Positions 8,371 through 18,415 are shown, counted from the first letter of the stretch. The stretch: DNA of 64,000 nt from Candidatus Flemingiibacterium sp. (GCA_045578725.1 JAZNKS010000073.1:12902-76901), one strand, 5' to 3'. Notes: generated from the letters alone by a model not told the origin. Numbers and translations: made by a program.

Positions 8371-10701
8371 ATGAAAAAAATCTGCATCTCAAAAGACTGG
8401 ATGCTGGATGCCCCCGGCTTTCACGGGAAGGTTGATCTTCCCAATGACTACTCCATCACCCTTCCCCGCACGCCGGATGCCGCAGGAGGCGCGAGCAACG
8501 GATTTTTTCCGAGCGGAATCGGCACCTATACCAAGCATCTGAAGCTTGATGAAACGCCCAGACACTATATCCTCGATATCGACGGCGCATATATGTGCAC
8601 CACCGTAACCTTCAATGAATACCGCATGGTCATGCATCCGCACGGCTACACACCTCTGCTGGTTGACCTGACTGATCGCGTCCATCCCGGCAAAACCAAC
8701 CGGCTGGTCATCTCGACCAACGCTCTTCAGCCCTCGACCCGCTGGTACGCAGGCGCCGGCATCTACCGCGATGTTTATCTGTGGGAGGGCGGCGATGTCC
8801 GTCTGGAGCCATGGGATCTCTTTATCACCACGCCGAGCCTTGACTCCGTTCACCTCGCCTGCGAAATCCGTGCCGACCGCGAGGCAAATGTGCGCATCCG
8901 CGCCGAAATTTTCTTCGCTGACCGCCCGGTAACCTCGGAGGAAACGGAGATTGCCGTCAAAGCCGGCAAAAAAACGCCTGCCGAGCTTGCCTTCTCCATT
9001 CCGGATGCCAAGCTCTGGGATACGGAAAATCCCAATCTGTACACCATGCGTGTCACTCTGCTGGAGGACGATCGCGTACTCGATACCGATGAACGCCGCT
9101 TTGGCATCCGTACGGTCACAGCCGATGCAAAGAACGGTCTGCTTCTCAATGGCAAGCCGATCAAGCTGCGCGGCGGCTGTATCCATCACGATCACGGCGT
9201 GCTTGGCGCGGCCGATTATCCGGCTGCCTGCCGACGCAAGCTGACCCGTCTGAAGGAAGTCGGCTTCAATGCCCTCCGGATCGCGCACAATCCGCCGTCC
9301 GTTCAGCTGTTGGAAATGTGCGATGAAATGGGAATTATCGTCATGGATGAGGCCTTCGACTGCTGGCAGAGAGAAAAGGGCGGCTCGCTGAATTATCATG
9401 TCTGGTTCACCGATTGGTGGGCGCGGGATATTTCCTATATGGTCCTCCGCGACCGGAACCATCCCTGTGTCATCGCCTATTCCACCGGCAATGAAATCCC
9501 CGAAAGCGACGGTGCCTCCGACGGTGATGAATGGTCTTCCCGTCTGGCCGCCGAAATCCGGAAATACGATTCCACCCGTCTTGTCACCTCGGCGACCTGG
9601 CAGATGCCGGCCACCTGCGATCCCGGTGCTCCTGAAGATTACAAAAAGGATTTCGCCGAGCGTCTTGAAAACGGCGATGATCACAGCTGGGCCAGCCGCA
9701 CCGCCGGCTACTTCAAGCCCTACGATATCTGCGGCTACAACTATATGTACGGCCGGTATGCCGAAGATCACAAGCGCTTCCCCGAGCGTGTGATCTGGGG
9801 CTCCGAAACCCATGTCATCCATTTCTATGATTCCTGGAAGACGGTCATGGAAAACAGCTATGTCATCGGCGACTTCACATGGACCGCCTATGATAATCTC
9901 GGCGAGGCCGGAACCGGGCGCTCCTGCTGGGCACGCGACGGCCATATTCCGGGAATCTCGCTGGCCGCTTATCCGTGGCGCTCCTGCTATCAGGGCGATC
10001 TGGATCTGTGCGGATACCGCCGTCCGCAGTCCTATTTCCGGGAGGCTATCTGGAATCCGGATGCCGAGCCCAAGATTTTCACCACCCATCCCGAGCATTA
10101 CGGCGAAGGCTTTTCCGGCACCGGCTGGCATTGGTACGATGTGCTCGACACCTGGAATTTTGACGATGCCTATATCGGCAAACCGGTCCGCTGTGAGCTT
10201 TACACCACCGCCGACGAGGTTGCATGGTACAAAAACGGAACGCTTCTCGGAAAGAGCCGCCCCGAAAAGGCGATTGCTTCCTTTGATATTCTCTATGAGC
10301 GGGGCGAAATTGCCGCCGAGGTTTACAAAAACGGCGAGATGCTTCACCGGGTAACGCTCGGCACGGTCGGCGAGCCGGCCGCCATCCGGGTCAGCGCCGA
10401 AAGCCGTGTGCTGACGGCCGACAACCGCGATCTCTGCTACTTTGACATCACCGTCACCGATGATGACGGATGCCGCATTCCCGATGCCAAAAATGCGCTG
10501 ACCTGTCTGGTTGACGGCGGTGAGCTGCTCGGCATCTTCAGCGGTGATCCCTGCAATGAGGATGCATACGGCTCCAATCAGTGTCATGCCTTTGAAGGCC
10601 GCGCCGTTGCCATCGTGCGCACCGACCGTCCGGGCAAGGTTACGGTAACCGTCGGCTCCTGCAGACTGCGCTCCGGAAGCGATTCGGTCAGCGCTCAATG
10701 A
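8371..10701 (+). CDS. GH2 glycoside hydrolase (beta-galactosidase-like)
   Basis: RWYAGAGIYRDV, LRGGCIHHD, RIAHNPP, RDRNHPCV..YSTGNE, WGSE and W.AYD.LGE motifs. Confidence 0.9.
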   Translation: MKKICISKDWMLDAPGFHGKVDLPNDYSITLPRTPDAAGGASNGFFPSGIGTYTKHLKLDETPRHYILDIDGAYMCTTVTFNEYRMVMHPHGYTPLLVDLTDRVHPGKTNRLVISTNALQPSTRWYAGAGIYRDVYLWEGGDVRLEPWDLFITTPSLDSVHLACEIRADREANVRIRAEIFFADRPVTSEETEIAVKAGKKTPAELAFSIPDAKLWDTENPNLYTMRVTLLEDDRVLDTDERRFGIRTVTADAKNGLLLNGKPIKLRGGCIHHDHGVLGAADYPAACRRKLTRLKEVGFNALRIAHNPPSVQLLEMCDEMGIIVMDEAFDCWQREKGGSLNYHVWFTDWWARDISYMVLRDRNHPCVIAYSTGNEIPESDGASDGDEWSSRLAAEIRKYDSTRLVTSATWQMPATCDPGAPEDYKKDFAERLENGDDHSWASRTAGYFKPYDICGYNYMYGRYAEDHKRFPERVIWGSETHVIHFYDSWKTVMENSYVIGDFTWTAYDNLGEAGTGRSCWARDGHIPGISLAAYPWRSCYQGDLDLCGYRRPQSYFREAIWNPDAEPKIFTTHPEHYGEGFSGTGWHWYDVLDTWNFDDAYIGKPVRCELYTTADEVAWYKNGTLLGKSRPEKAIASFDILYERGEIAAEVYKNGEMLHRVTLGTVGEPAAIRVSAESRVLTADNRDLCYFDITVTDDDGCRIPDAKNALTCLVDGGELLGIFSGDPCNEDAYGSNQCHAFEGRAVAIVRTDRPGKVTVTVGSCRLRSGSDSVSAQ

Positions 10702-10715
10702 AAGGATAACAGACT

Positions 10716-11711
10716 ATGAAAAATTACAGCTATCGCGACAAACCCATCGAGGTCCACGGTCTGCCCTTCTATTCGCAGAACGGTATCCTTGAGCGTGTGC
10801 CCGCCGAAATCCGTGATCAGGTTCCCAGCCTGAATTTTCTCGGCCGGCGCTGTCCCGGCTCCAGACTTTGCTTTCGCACCGATTCGCCGAAATTCACGGT
10901 GAAGATGACACTTGAAACCCTCTCGCCGGATATCGGTATGTCGCTGTATGCCTGTCAGTCGGCGAATGTCATGATCGGAAACCGTCAGAGCGCCCGCTTT
11001 GCCGGTCTCGTCACCCCGCCGGATTACAGCACAAAAACAGCAGAGAAAACCTTCGCCAAATCCGACGAGATGGAGGATGTCACCATCTGGTTCCCGCGCA
11101 ATGAAATCATCGCCGATTTTGAGATTTCAATCGAAGACAACGCCCGTCTGGAAGCACCGACACCGTACAGATATCCGCCGATGCTCTATTACGGCTCCTC
11201 CATCACCGAGGGCGGATGCTGCTGCCGCGTGACAAATGCCTACAACGCGCTGATTTGCCAGCATCTGGATGTGGATTACTACAATTTCGGTTTTTCCGGA
11301 AGCGCCAAGGGCGAGCTTGCCATGGCGGATCTGATCAACACCGTTCCGATGAGCATCTTCGTCTACGATTACGATCACAACGCGCCGAGCACGGAGCATC
11401 TGAAGCAAACGCATGAGCCGTTCTTCCGGCGGATCCGCGAAAAGAACCCGGAGCTGCCGACCATCATCCTGACCAAGCCGGATTTTGATTACGCCTCCGT
11501 CAATGCCGAGCGCCGGGCAATCATCCGCGCGACCTACGAGAATGCCGTCGCCGCCGGCGATAACAATGTGTATTTCATTGACGGCGAAACCTATTTCGGT
11601 GATACCGACCGCCACGCCTGCACCGTCGATTGCTGTCACCCCAACGATCTGGGCTTCTACCGCATGGCTTCGGTCATTGAGCCGCTCGTCAAGCGGATTC
11701 TGGAAAAGTAA
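10716..11711 (+). CDS. SGNH/GDSL hydrolase with N-terminal extension
   Basis: YYGSSITEG, NFGFSGSAKGE, YDHN and DCCHPNDLG motifs. Confidence 0.85.
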   Translation: MKNYSYRDKPIEVHGLPFYSQNGILERVPAEIRDQVPSLNFLGRRCPGSRLCFRTDSPKFTVKMTLETLSPDIGMSLYACQSANVMIGNRQSARFAGLVTPPDYSTKTAEKTFAKSDEMEDVTIWFPRNEIIADFEISIEDNARLEAPTPYRYPPMLYYGSSITEGGCCCRVTNAYNALICQHLDVDYYNFGFSGSAKGELAMADLINTVPMSIFVYDYDHNAPSTEHLKQTHEPFFRRIREKNPELPTIILTKPDFDYASVNAERRAIIRATYENAVAAGDNNVYFIDGETYFGDTDRHACTVDCCHPNDLGFYRMASVIEPLVKRILEK

Positions 11712-11754
11712 AGAAAAAAATGCTTACTGCCTGCGGCAGTAAGCATTTTTTCTT
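11711..11754. terminator. Bidirectional intrinsic terminator
   Basis: AAAAAATGCTTACTGCC-TGC-GGCAGTAAGCATTTTTT perfect inverted repeat between convergent genes. Confidence 0.85.
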
Positions 11755-12778
11755 ATTGGTTGCTTTCCGTGATGTTCTGAATATACCGGCATTTCGGGTA
11801 GTTGCTGCACCCATAAAACGAGCGTCCGGCATTTGCTCCGCGCGATGCAGTCCGCAGAATCATATCTCCGCCGCATTTGGGACACTTTACAGCCTCCGGT
11901 GCAGGCCCAGGTGCAGACGGCACATCCGGCATGGCGGCGGTGCTTTCCTCAGCTGCAGGCTCCTGCTTTATAACAGTCTTCTCTGCCTCCTGAGATGTCA
12001 TATCCCGCTCATCCGCCGGGCAGAGATTTTGCTTTTCACGGATGTTTTCAATATGCTGCTTTTTGACATCCGATCCCACCTGCGTAAGAGGATACAGCCG
12101 GTCATAGAGTGCCGCAATCCGCCCATCGTCCAGAACCGCCGGCATCTGTGTGCAAAGCGCCGATACAACCGCCTCAACATCGCCGCGCTGAATTACACGG
12201 ATGTCCTTGCTTGTGATCTGCACATTCTTCAGCGTACACCGCTCCGAAAAGACAATTACCGACTTCATCGGAAGCGTTTCGCCAAGGAAGGCTTCCAGAT
12301 GACGGATATGCGATCGGTTCTGCATAACGGGATTGTAGAAGGATTCCTTATGGCTTTTATTCCGACCGGACGGCAAGGTCTGATACCAGCTGACGCGCTT
12401 CTCATCTCCGAAAATCCACCCGCTGTAATTCTTGCTTTCCAGAACCACAATTCCCTGCGGCGCTATCATCATCAGATCGATTTCCGAGGTTTCACCGTTC
12501 TCCTTGGGGATGTAGACATTCATCAGAAATCGGGCGCCCTGCTTTTCAAACCGGCGCAGGCACTTATATGTAAGATACTCGCCGTATCGCCCGATATCCT
12601 TTCGCACTGTCCAATACGGAAGACCGGTGATCCGATAGTAGGCCCCCGTTTTATAGCATTTGCTGTTCCAGATCAGATATACAACTGCGGCAGCTGCGGC
12701 CAGCGGCAGGAACGGAACGATAAATGCCCACAGCGATGTAAGTGTTGTTTTCAAAAAAGCCTTCAGCAATTCAAACAT
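11753..12778 (-). CDS. Membrane-anchored NERD-domain nuclease with C-terminal topoisomerase-type C4 zinc ribbon
   Basis: N-terminal TM; G.YGE, EIDL..I...GIVVLESKNYSG and NPVMQN..H motifs; CPKCGG.M..R...FYGCSNYPKC. Confidence 0.85.
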   Translation of the reverse strand: MFELLKAFLKTTLTSLWAFIVPFLPLAAAAAVVYLIWNSKCYKTGAYYRITGLPYWTVRKDIGRYGEYLTYKCLRRFEKQGARFLMNVYIPKENGETSEIDLMMIAPQGIVVLESKNYSGWIFGDEKRVSWYQTLPSGRNKSHKESFYNPVMQNRSHIRHLEAFLGETLPMKSVIVFSERCTLKNVQITSKDIRVIQRGDVEAVVSALCTQMPAVLDDGRIAALYDRLYPLTQVGSDVKKQHIENIREKQNLCPADERDMTSQEAEKTVIKQEPAAEESTAAMPDVPSAPGPAPEAVKCPKCGGDMILRTASRGANAGRSFYGCSNYPKCRYIQNITESNQ

Positions 12779-12799
12779 GTTCTGTTTTTCTCCTTTTTA

Positions 12800-13345
12800 T
12801 CAATGGCACCGCTTGCAGGCGCGGGTCTTGCCGGCGGCGATGGCTTCCTCATGGGTACCGGACAGGATTTTCTTGGAACGGGAGAGGGAGGAACAGCTCT
12901 CGCGACTGTGCCAAACCTCGCCGTTTGGCACCCAATAGACCGTCGCTTCGCCCGATGGCGGAGGTGCGGTTGTATCCGGTGGCACGGTCGTTTCCGGAGG
13001 CGCGGTTGTTTCCGGAGGCGCGGCTGTATCCGGTGGTGCCGTTGTATCCGGCGGCGCGGTGGTATCCGGAGGTGCCGTTGTATCCGGTGGTGCGGCTGTA
13101 TCCGGAGGTGCCGTTGTTTCCGGTGGTGCCGTTGTTTCCGGAGGTGCCGTTGTTTCCGGAGCAACGGTTTCGGGCGGATCGCTGATTCCCTGATACGGGA
13201 TAAAGCCGCTGCTGCCCGGATTCAGCGTCCATGTTTCACCGTTGACAATCAGTTCTGCCAGCTCGTTATGGCCCGCACAGCCGACAAAAAGCATAAGGAC
13301 GGTGAGAAGCAGAGCCGTCATGCCGATCCGATGACCGGTTCGCAT
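12800..13345 (-). CDS. Lipoprotein with PP(E/D)TTA linker and C-terminal Ada-like metal-binding domain (alternative start 13366)
   Basis: Lipobox FVGC; C-terminus VYWVPNGEVWH..SC..L.....EEAIAAG..ACKRC. Confidence 0.7.
   Translation of the reverse strand: MRTGHRIGMTALLLTVLMLFVGCAGHNELAELIVNGETWTLNPGSSGFIPYQGISDPPETVAPETTAPPETTAPPETTAPPDTAAPPDTTAPPDTTAPPDTTAPPDTAAPPETTAPPETTVPPDTTAPPPSGEATVYWVPNGEVWHSRESCSSLSRSKKILSGTHEEAIAAGKTRACKRCH
12960..13178 (-). repeat. About 12 degenerate in-frame 18-bp tandem repeats encoding PP(E/D)T(T/A)A
   Basis: Repeated CCGGA(T/A)ACAACGGCACC-like units visible in the sequence. Confidence 0.9.
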
Positions 13346-13366
13346 ATTCTCACCGTCCTTTTTCAT

Positions 13367-15757
13367 TTATTTTACTTCCACGACCGTCACGCCGAGGTCG
13401 CCTTCCCCGTACTGGCCGTACCGGTAGCTGATCACGCGCGGGTCCTTCTTCAGATAATTCCAGAGCGCCATCCGCAGAGCACCCGTTCCCTTGCCATGAA
13501 TCAGCCGCAGGGTATGGATGCCGGCGATATGCGCTTCGTCGAAATACTTGTCCACCATATACCAGGCATCCTCGCCGTTCTGGCCGCGCAGATCGATCTC
13601 ATTCTTGAAATCGCGCGACACGGTGACCCGGTACTTGTCCGCAGCCATCTGCTTTTTCTGGCTGTCCGTATAGGTGACCTTGCTTTCATTCAGAAGCATC
13701 AGGTTCTTGACCTTGGTTCTCGTCTTGATGATGCCGGCCTGGACATTGACATTGCCGTCCTTATCCGGATCGTCCAGGACAACGCCCTTCTTGTTGATAT
13801 TGATCAGCAGGACATCGTCGCCCTTCTTCAGCGGACGCGGGAGGACATAATCCTCTGCCACCCGCTCGGTAACGGGATTGACCTTGGAATCGCTCTCGCG
13901 GAGCTGCTTTCGGATATTGCGGCGGCCTTCCTCCAGAGCCGAAGCAAGGTTGGCACTCTCACGCTCCTTCTTGACCTTTTCCAGCTGTTCCATGACATAA
14001 TCGCTGGAAACCTTGGCGCTTTCGATGATCGATACCGCCTGTGCACGCGCCTTTTCCAGCTCATGCTCGGCTCTTGCCAGCTCATCGGCGATCCGCTTTT
14101 CGTTCTCGGCCTTATAAGCCTCGAATTCCCGCTTCAGACGGGCGGCCTCCTCGCGGTCGCGGTCCATCTGCAGGCGGCTGGCCTCCAGCTTTTCGATAAC
14201 ATCCTCAAAATGCTTGTTTTCCTCGCTGACCAGCGCCTTGGCCCGATTGACGATTTCATCGGACAGACCGAGCTTGGAGGAGATGGCAAACGCATTGGAT
14301 TTACCGGGCGTGCCGATAATCAGCCGGTAGGTCGGCTTGAGGGTATTCACATCAAACTCGCAGGAAGCATTGATAAAGCCATCGGTATCCAGCGCGAATG
14401 CTTTCAGCTCGGCATAATGGGTGGTGGCCGCGCAGAGCGCCCCCACCGAATGAACCTTTTCCAGCACGGCGATGGCCAGCGCGGCGCCCTCGACAGGATC
14501 GGTACCGGCGCCCAGCTCATCGATCAGCACCAGCGAACGTCCATTGACCTTTTCGGTGATGCCGACGATATTGACCATATGGGAGGAGAAGGTGGACAGC
14601 GACTGCTCAATCGACTGCTCATCGCCGATATCGGCAAAGATATCGTCAAAAATGCAGAGCTCGGAGGTATCCGAGGCGGGTATATGCAGGCCGGACTGTG
14701 CCATCAGCGCAAACAGTCCGAGCGTTTTGATCGTTACCGTTTTACCGCCGGTATTAGGGCCGGTGATAACCAGCGTTCCGTTTTCGCCGCCCAGCGTAAT
14801 CGTAACCGGTACAACCTTCTTCGGATCCAAAAGCGGATGGCGGGCGCGGATCAGATTCATCTTCCGCTCGCCGGTGATTTTGGCCGGCACGGCATCCATG
14901 GCAAAGGAAAGCTCGCTCTTGGCAAAGATGAAGGCAAGAAGGGTGATATTCTGATAGTTCAGATTCAGCGCCGGCTCAATCGCCGCGCAGGATGCGGACA
15001 GCTCGCCGAGAATCCGTTCGATCTCGCCGGCCTCCTTGACCTGCAGGACGCGGAGCTCGTTATTGGCCTCGACAACCGACAGGGGCTCGACAAACAGAGT
15101 GGCACCCGAAGCGGAGGTATCGTGCACCAGGCCGCGCACATCGTTTTTGCATTCCACCTTGACGGGGATAACATACCGCCCGTTACGCATGGTAATGATG
15201 TTTTCCTGCAGATATTTGGAATAGGAGCCGTTGACAAAGCTCTGGAGCGAATCCTTGATCCGGTTGTTCGCGGCCCGCATTTTGCGGCGGATATCCGCCA
15301 GCGCAGGGCTTGCCTCGTCCGCGATCATCTCCTCGGAGATAATCGCCGTATAGATGCGGTCCTCCAGCTTTTTGTCGGTGATCAGCCGCTCAAAAATCTC
15401 ATCCAGCGAGGTTGTCCCGCGGCGGTCTGTCCGGCTGTATTCCAGCAGCGAGCGTGAGGTGCGCAGAACATTGGCAATATCCAGCAGCTCACGCGGTGTC
15501 AGCACGGCGCCCTTGGCCGCACGGTCTGCAGCATCCCGCACATCCTTGATCAGGCCGAAGGAGGGCATTCCCTTAATGGCCTGCAGCTCCTTTGCCTCGG
15601 TGGTTTCCCGCTGAATCCGCAGGATCCGGTCGGGATCGTTATCCGGGCGCAGGGAAAGCGCCAGCTCACGGGAACCCTCGGTCGGGGCCTTCTGGGCCAG
15701 CAGCGCCAGTATTTTATCGTATTCGAGCGTATGAATCGCTCTTTCGTATTGACTCAA
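13367..15757 (-). CDS. mutS2: MutS2 endonuclease
   Basis: ITGPNTGGKT, DIGDEQSIEQSLSTFSSH and DELGAGTDP motifs; C-terminal Smr domain IHGKGTG. Confidence 0.95.
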   Translation of the reverse strand: MSQYERAIHTLEYDKILALLAQKAPTEGSRELALSLRPDNDPDRILRIQRETTEAKELQAIKGMPSFGLIKDVRDAADRAAKGAVLTPRELLDIANVLRTSRSLLEYSRTDRRGTTSLDEIFERLITDKKLEDRIYTAIISEEMIADEASPALADIRRKMRAANNRIKDSLQSFVNGSYSKYLQENIITMRNGRYVIPVKVECKNDVRGLVHDTSASGATLFVEPLSVVEANNELRVLQVKEAGEIERILGELSASCAAIEPALNLNYQNITLLAFIFAKSELSFAMDAVPAKITGERKMNLIRARHPLLDPKKVVPVTITLGGENGTLVITGPNTGGKTVTIKTLGLFALMAQSGLHIPASDTSELCIFDDIFADIGDEQSIEQSLSTFSSHMVNIVGITEKVNGRSLVLIDELGAGTDPVEGAALAIAVLEKVHSVGALCAATTHYAELKAFALDTDGFINASCEFDVNTLKPTYRLIIGTPGKSNAFAISSKLGLSDEIVNRAKALVSEENKHFEDVIEKLEASRLQMDRDREEAARLKREFEAYKAENEKRIADELARAEHELEKARAQAVSIIESAKVSSDYVMEQLEKVKKERESANLASALEEGRRNIRKQLRESDSKVNPVTERVAEDYVLPRPLKKGDDVLLININKKGVVLDDPDKDGNVNVQAGIIKTRTKVKNLMLLNESKVTYTDSQKKQMAADKYRVTVSRDFKNEIDLRGQNGEDAWYMVDKYFDEAHIAGIHTLRLIHGKGTGALRMALWNYLKKDPRVISYRYGQYGEGDLGVTVVEVK

Positions 15758-15778
15758 TGGTATCCTCCTGACTGTAAG

Positions 15779-16579
15779 TCATCCGAAAATCAGCATATCC
15801 AGCACCGGAAAATGGTGATCGATATGATTCAAAAGGTATTTTTCGCAGGCTGACGAAAATTCGGGGATCAGCATGGGATCCAGCGAAAAGGAATAGAGCC
15901 GGCTCATATCCGCCCAGATCGCATACTGCATGGCCAGCACAGTAGCTGGCTGCAGCGGCAGAATGATCTGTGTTGTGCGCATCTCATTGACCAGCAGCTC
16001 GTTCTCCCGATAGACTTCCTTCTGCACAAGCGCCTGACATCCGGCGCAGATCAGGCTTCCCTCCATCACATTGAGATAGAGCTTGTCTTCTCCGACACCG
16101 TGGCCGCAGGATTCACATCCAATCAGATTGGGCGCGAAGCCGGCCAGCGCGGCCAGCCTCAGCTCATAGGTTCCCTTGATCAGGCGGAGATCCTTTTCCT
16201 TCCCGTGTGCCAGCATCCAGAGGGTATTCAGCGCCAGGCGAAGAATGCCCCCGTCCGGCTGTTCCTCATTGACCAGGAACTCCGCCGTATTGAGGATATA
16301 GGTTCCCAGTGTCACCGCAGTGAAATCCCGGCAGAGATAGAAATAATTTTCGATCAGCGATGCTTCATTCAGCGAATACTTTCCGTTGTGCTCATACAGC
16401 ACAAACTCCGAATAGCAGAAAAGCTGGGTGGGCACGGAAAACCGCCCGCGGGCGCGGGTGGATCCACGGCAAAGCACCGACAGCTTTCCCTTTTCGGCTG
16501 TGAGAATGTGAATGTATTTCGCATTTTCAGTGGCGATATTCTCCCTCACCACCAATCCCTTCAGCGTATACAGCATCAC
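15779..16579 (-). CDS. recO: DNA repair protein RecO
   Basis: ILTAEKGKL OB fold, GFAP.L..CESC zinc finger; follows era. Confidence 0.9.
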   Translation of the reverse strand: MMLYTLKGLVVRENIATENAKYIHILTAEKGKLSVLCRGSTRARGRFSVPTQLFCYSEFVLYEHNGKYSLNEASLIENYFYLCRDFTAVTLGTYILNTAEFLVNEEQPDGGILRLALNTLWMLAHGKEKDLRLIKGTYELRLAALAGFAPNLIGCESCGHGVGEDKLYLNVMEGSLICAGCQALVQKEVYRENELLVNEMRTTQIILPLQPATVLAMQYAIWADMSRLYSFSLDPMLIPEFSSACEKYLLNHIDHHFPVLDMLIFG

Positions 16580-16596
16580 GCAGGCGGCCGATTCGC

Positions 16597-17481
16597 TCAG
16601 TCGTCGTTGAAGCCGAAGCTGTTGAGGAGCGAGGCGTTGTCACGCCAGTTTTCCTTGACCTTGACCCAGAGATCGAGGTGAACCTGCACGCCGAAGAAGG
16701 CTTCCAGATCCTCTCTGGCCCAGGTGCCGACCTTTTTCAGAGCCGCACCGCCCTTTCCGATGATGATTCCCTTGTGGGAATCCTTCTCGCAGAAGATCTC
16801 CGCGCGGATTTTGATAATCGTCGGCTTTTCTTCAAAGGCCTCGATGACAACGGCGGTACCGTGGGGAATCTCATCGTTGAGCGTACGAAGCAGCTTCTCG
16901 CGGATGATCTCTGCCGCCAGCGCCCGCTCCGGCTGATCGGTCAGCATATCGGACGGGAAGAACCAATCGCCCTCATGTAAAAGAGCGGCGGCCTCCTTAA
17001 TCACAATAGACACGCCCTCATTCTTCATCGCCGACATCGGAATGACAGCGGCGAAATCGCAGAGCGCGGCATAGACGGTGATGCATTCCGCCACCTTCAC
17101 GGCGTTGACGGTATCCGTCTTGTTGATCGCCAGAATGACCGGCGTTTTCTGCTTCTTCAGCCGCTCCAGAATCGTCTTCTCCACATCGGAAACCGCCTTG
17201 GCGGCATCCACCACCAGAATAGCGGCATCCACCTCGCCGATAGCGGAGCTGATCGTCTTGACCATGAAATCACCCAACTTATTCTTGGGCTTCAGCATAC
17301 CGGGGGTATCAAGGAAGACATACTGATTCTCGCCCTCGGTCAGAATGCCGGTAATCCGATTGCGCGTTGTCTGCGGCTTGCTCGATACAATCGCGACTTT
17401 TTCGCCGAGCAGCGCGTTGAGAAGAGTGGACTTGCCGACATTCGGCCGGCCAACAATAGCAATAAAACCTGTTTTCGTCAT
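16597..17481 (-). CDS. era: GTPase Era
   Basis: GRPNVGKSTL, KPQTTR, DTPG and NKTD motifs; KH domain IIIGKGG; LWVKV. Confidence 0.97.
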   Translation of the reverse strand: MTKTGFIAIVGRPNVGKSTLLNALLGEKVAIVSSKPQTTRNRITGILTEGENQYVFLDTPGMLKPKNKLGDFMVKTISSAIGEVDAAILVVDAAKAVSDVEKTILERLKKQKTPVILAINKTDTVNAVKVAECITVYAALCDFAAVIPMSAMKNEGVSIVIKEAAALLHEGDWFFPSDMLTDQPERALAAEIIREKLLRTLNDEIPHGTAVVIEAFEEKPTIIKIRAEIFCEKDSHKGIIIGKGGAALKKVGTWAREDLEAFFGVQVHLDLWVKVKENWRDNASLLNSFGFNDD

Positions 17482-17494
17482 ATTTTTTTCCTAT

Positions 17495-17899
17495 CTATAT
17501 TTTTGTGACGGTAAGAACAACGGACATGAGAAGCGATGCCGCGGGAAGGACAACGGTACTGACCGCCGTATCGAATTTCGCATAATCCTCGTTATATTTC
17601 CATAGCATAACCTGAATAAAGTGCCGACGGAAAATAACCAGCAGCCAGCTGAGTACCACCAGCACGGCGTTCATCAGCACATACCGATCAATCGCCCGAT
17701 ATACAGCCAATGTGATAACAAAACCGATTGATGCCGCAATGGGCAGCCACAGCTTTGGCATCCAGTAGCGGAACCGGTATCCTTTTGCGATATGCTCCCG
17801 GTTGGAATCCGCATACGGTTCATAGAAGATGGATTCCCCGCAGATCTTGCATTCGTACTCCGCGTCGGTAACCGAACCGCATTTCGGACATTTCTTCAT
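17495..17899 (-). CDS. Hypothetical zinc-ribbon membrane protein
   Basis: CPKC..CKIC N-terminus followed by about 3 hydrophobic segments; RBS GAAAGGG. Confidence 0.65.
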   Translation of the reverse strand: MKKCPKCGSVTDAEYECKICGESIFYEPYADSNREHIAKGYRFRYWMPKLWLPIAASIGFVITLAVYRAIDRYVLMNAVLVVLSWLLVIFRRHFIQVMLWKYNEDYAKFDTAVSTVVLPAASLLMSVVLTVTKI

Positions 17900-17929
17900 T
17901 TTTTCCCTTTCTGCGGTACCGCACCGCCG

Positions 17930-18415
17930 TCAGCCGCGGGTGATTCCCATGTAATCGAGAATCGCGTGCTGTCTTGCTCGCATCTCGCGTTCTTCGTCCT
18001 CGCTGTTCACATGATCGTAGCCCAGCAGATGGAGGACGGAATGCACCGTTAAGAAGGCTACCTCGCGGGTGTAGCTGTGACCGAATTCCGCCGCCTGTGC
18101 GCGGGCGCGCTCCAGCGAAATCACAATATCGCCGAGCATGACGGCGCCGCGTGCAAAATCCGTATCGCCGGCCGGATCCGCACCCTCATCCAGCATGGGG
18201 AAAGAAAGCACATCCGTCGGCGCATCGATTTCGCGGTGCTCTTTATTGATTTCGCGGATTCCCGCATCATCGGTGAAGGTCACCGACAGCTCGGCCATCC
18301 GGCCGAAATCTTCAAAGGCAAGCGCTGCTCCGATGGCGGCTTTGACCAGCGCACGCAGCTCGGGTGTGCAGGGCTCTTTGTCCTGTTCGTTGGTGAAATA
18401 TACAATCTGCTTCAT
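17930..18415 (-). CDS. ybeY: rRNA maturation RNase YbeY
   Basis: PTDVLSFP, LGDIVIS and HSVLHLLGYDH motifs. Confidence 0.95.
   Translation of the reverse strand: MKQIVYFTNEQDKEPCTPELRALVKAAIGAALAFEDFGRMAELSVTFTDDAGIREINKEHREIDAPTDVLSFPMLDEGADPAGDTDFARGAVMLGDIVISLERARAQAAEFGHSYTREVAFLTVHSVLHLLGYDHVNSEDEEREMRARQHAILDYMGITRG

Noticed and set aside
12960-13178. Tandem repeat as a CRISPR array
   Set aside because: Contiguous 18-bp in-frame coding repeats with no unique spacers and no cas genes
11720-15457. 1245-aa plus-strand ORF and other long shadow ORFs (486..3161, 8389..10698, 47453..49720, 49852..52143, 52848..54713, 62252..63667)
   Set aside because: They are antisense to well-supported genes, carry no recognisable motifs, and are expected from GC-rich codon bias
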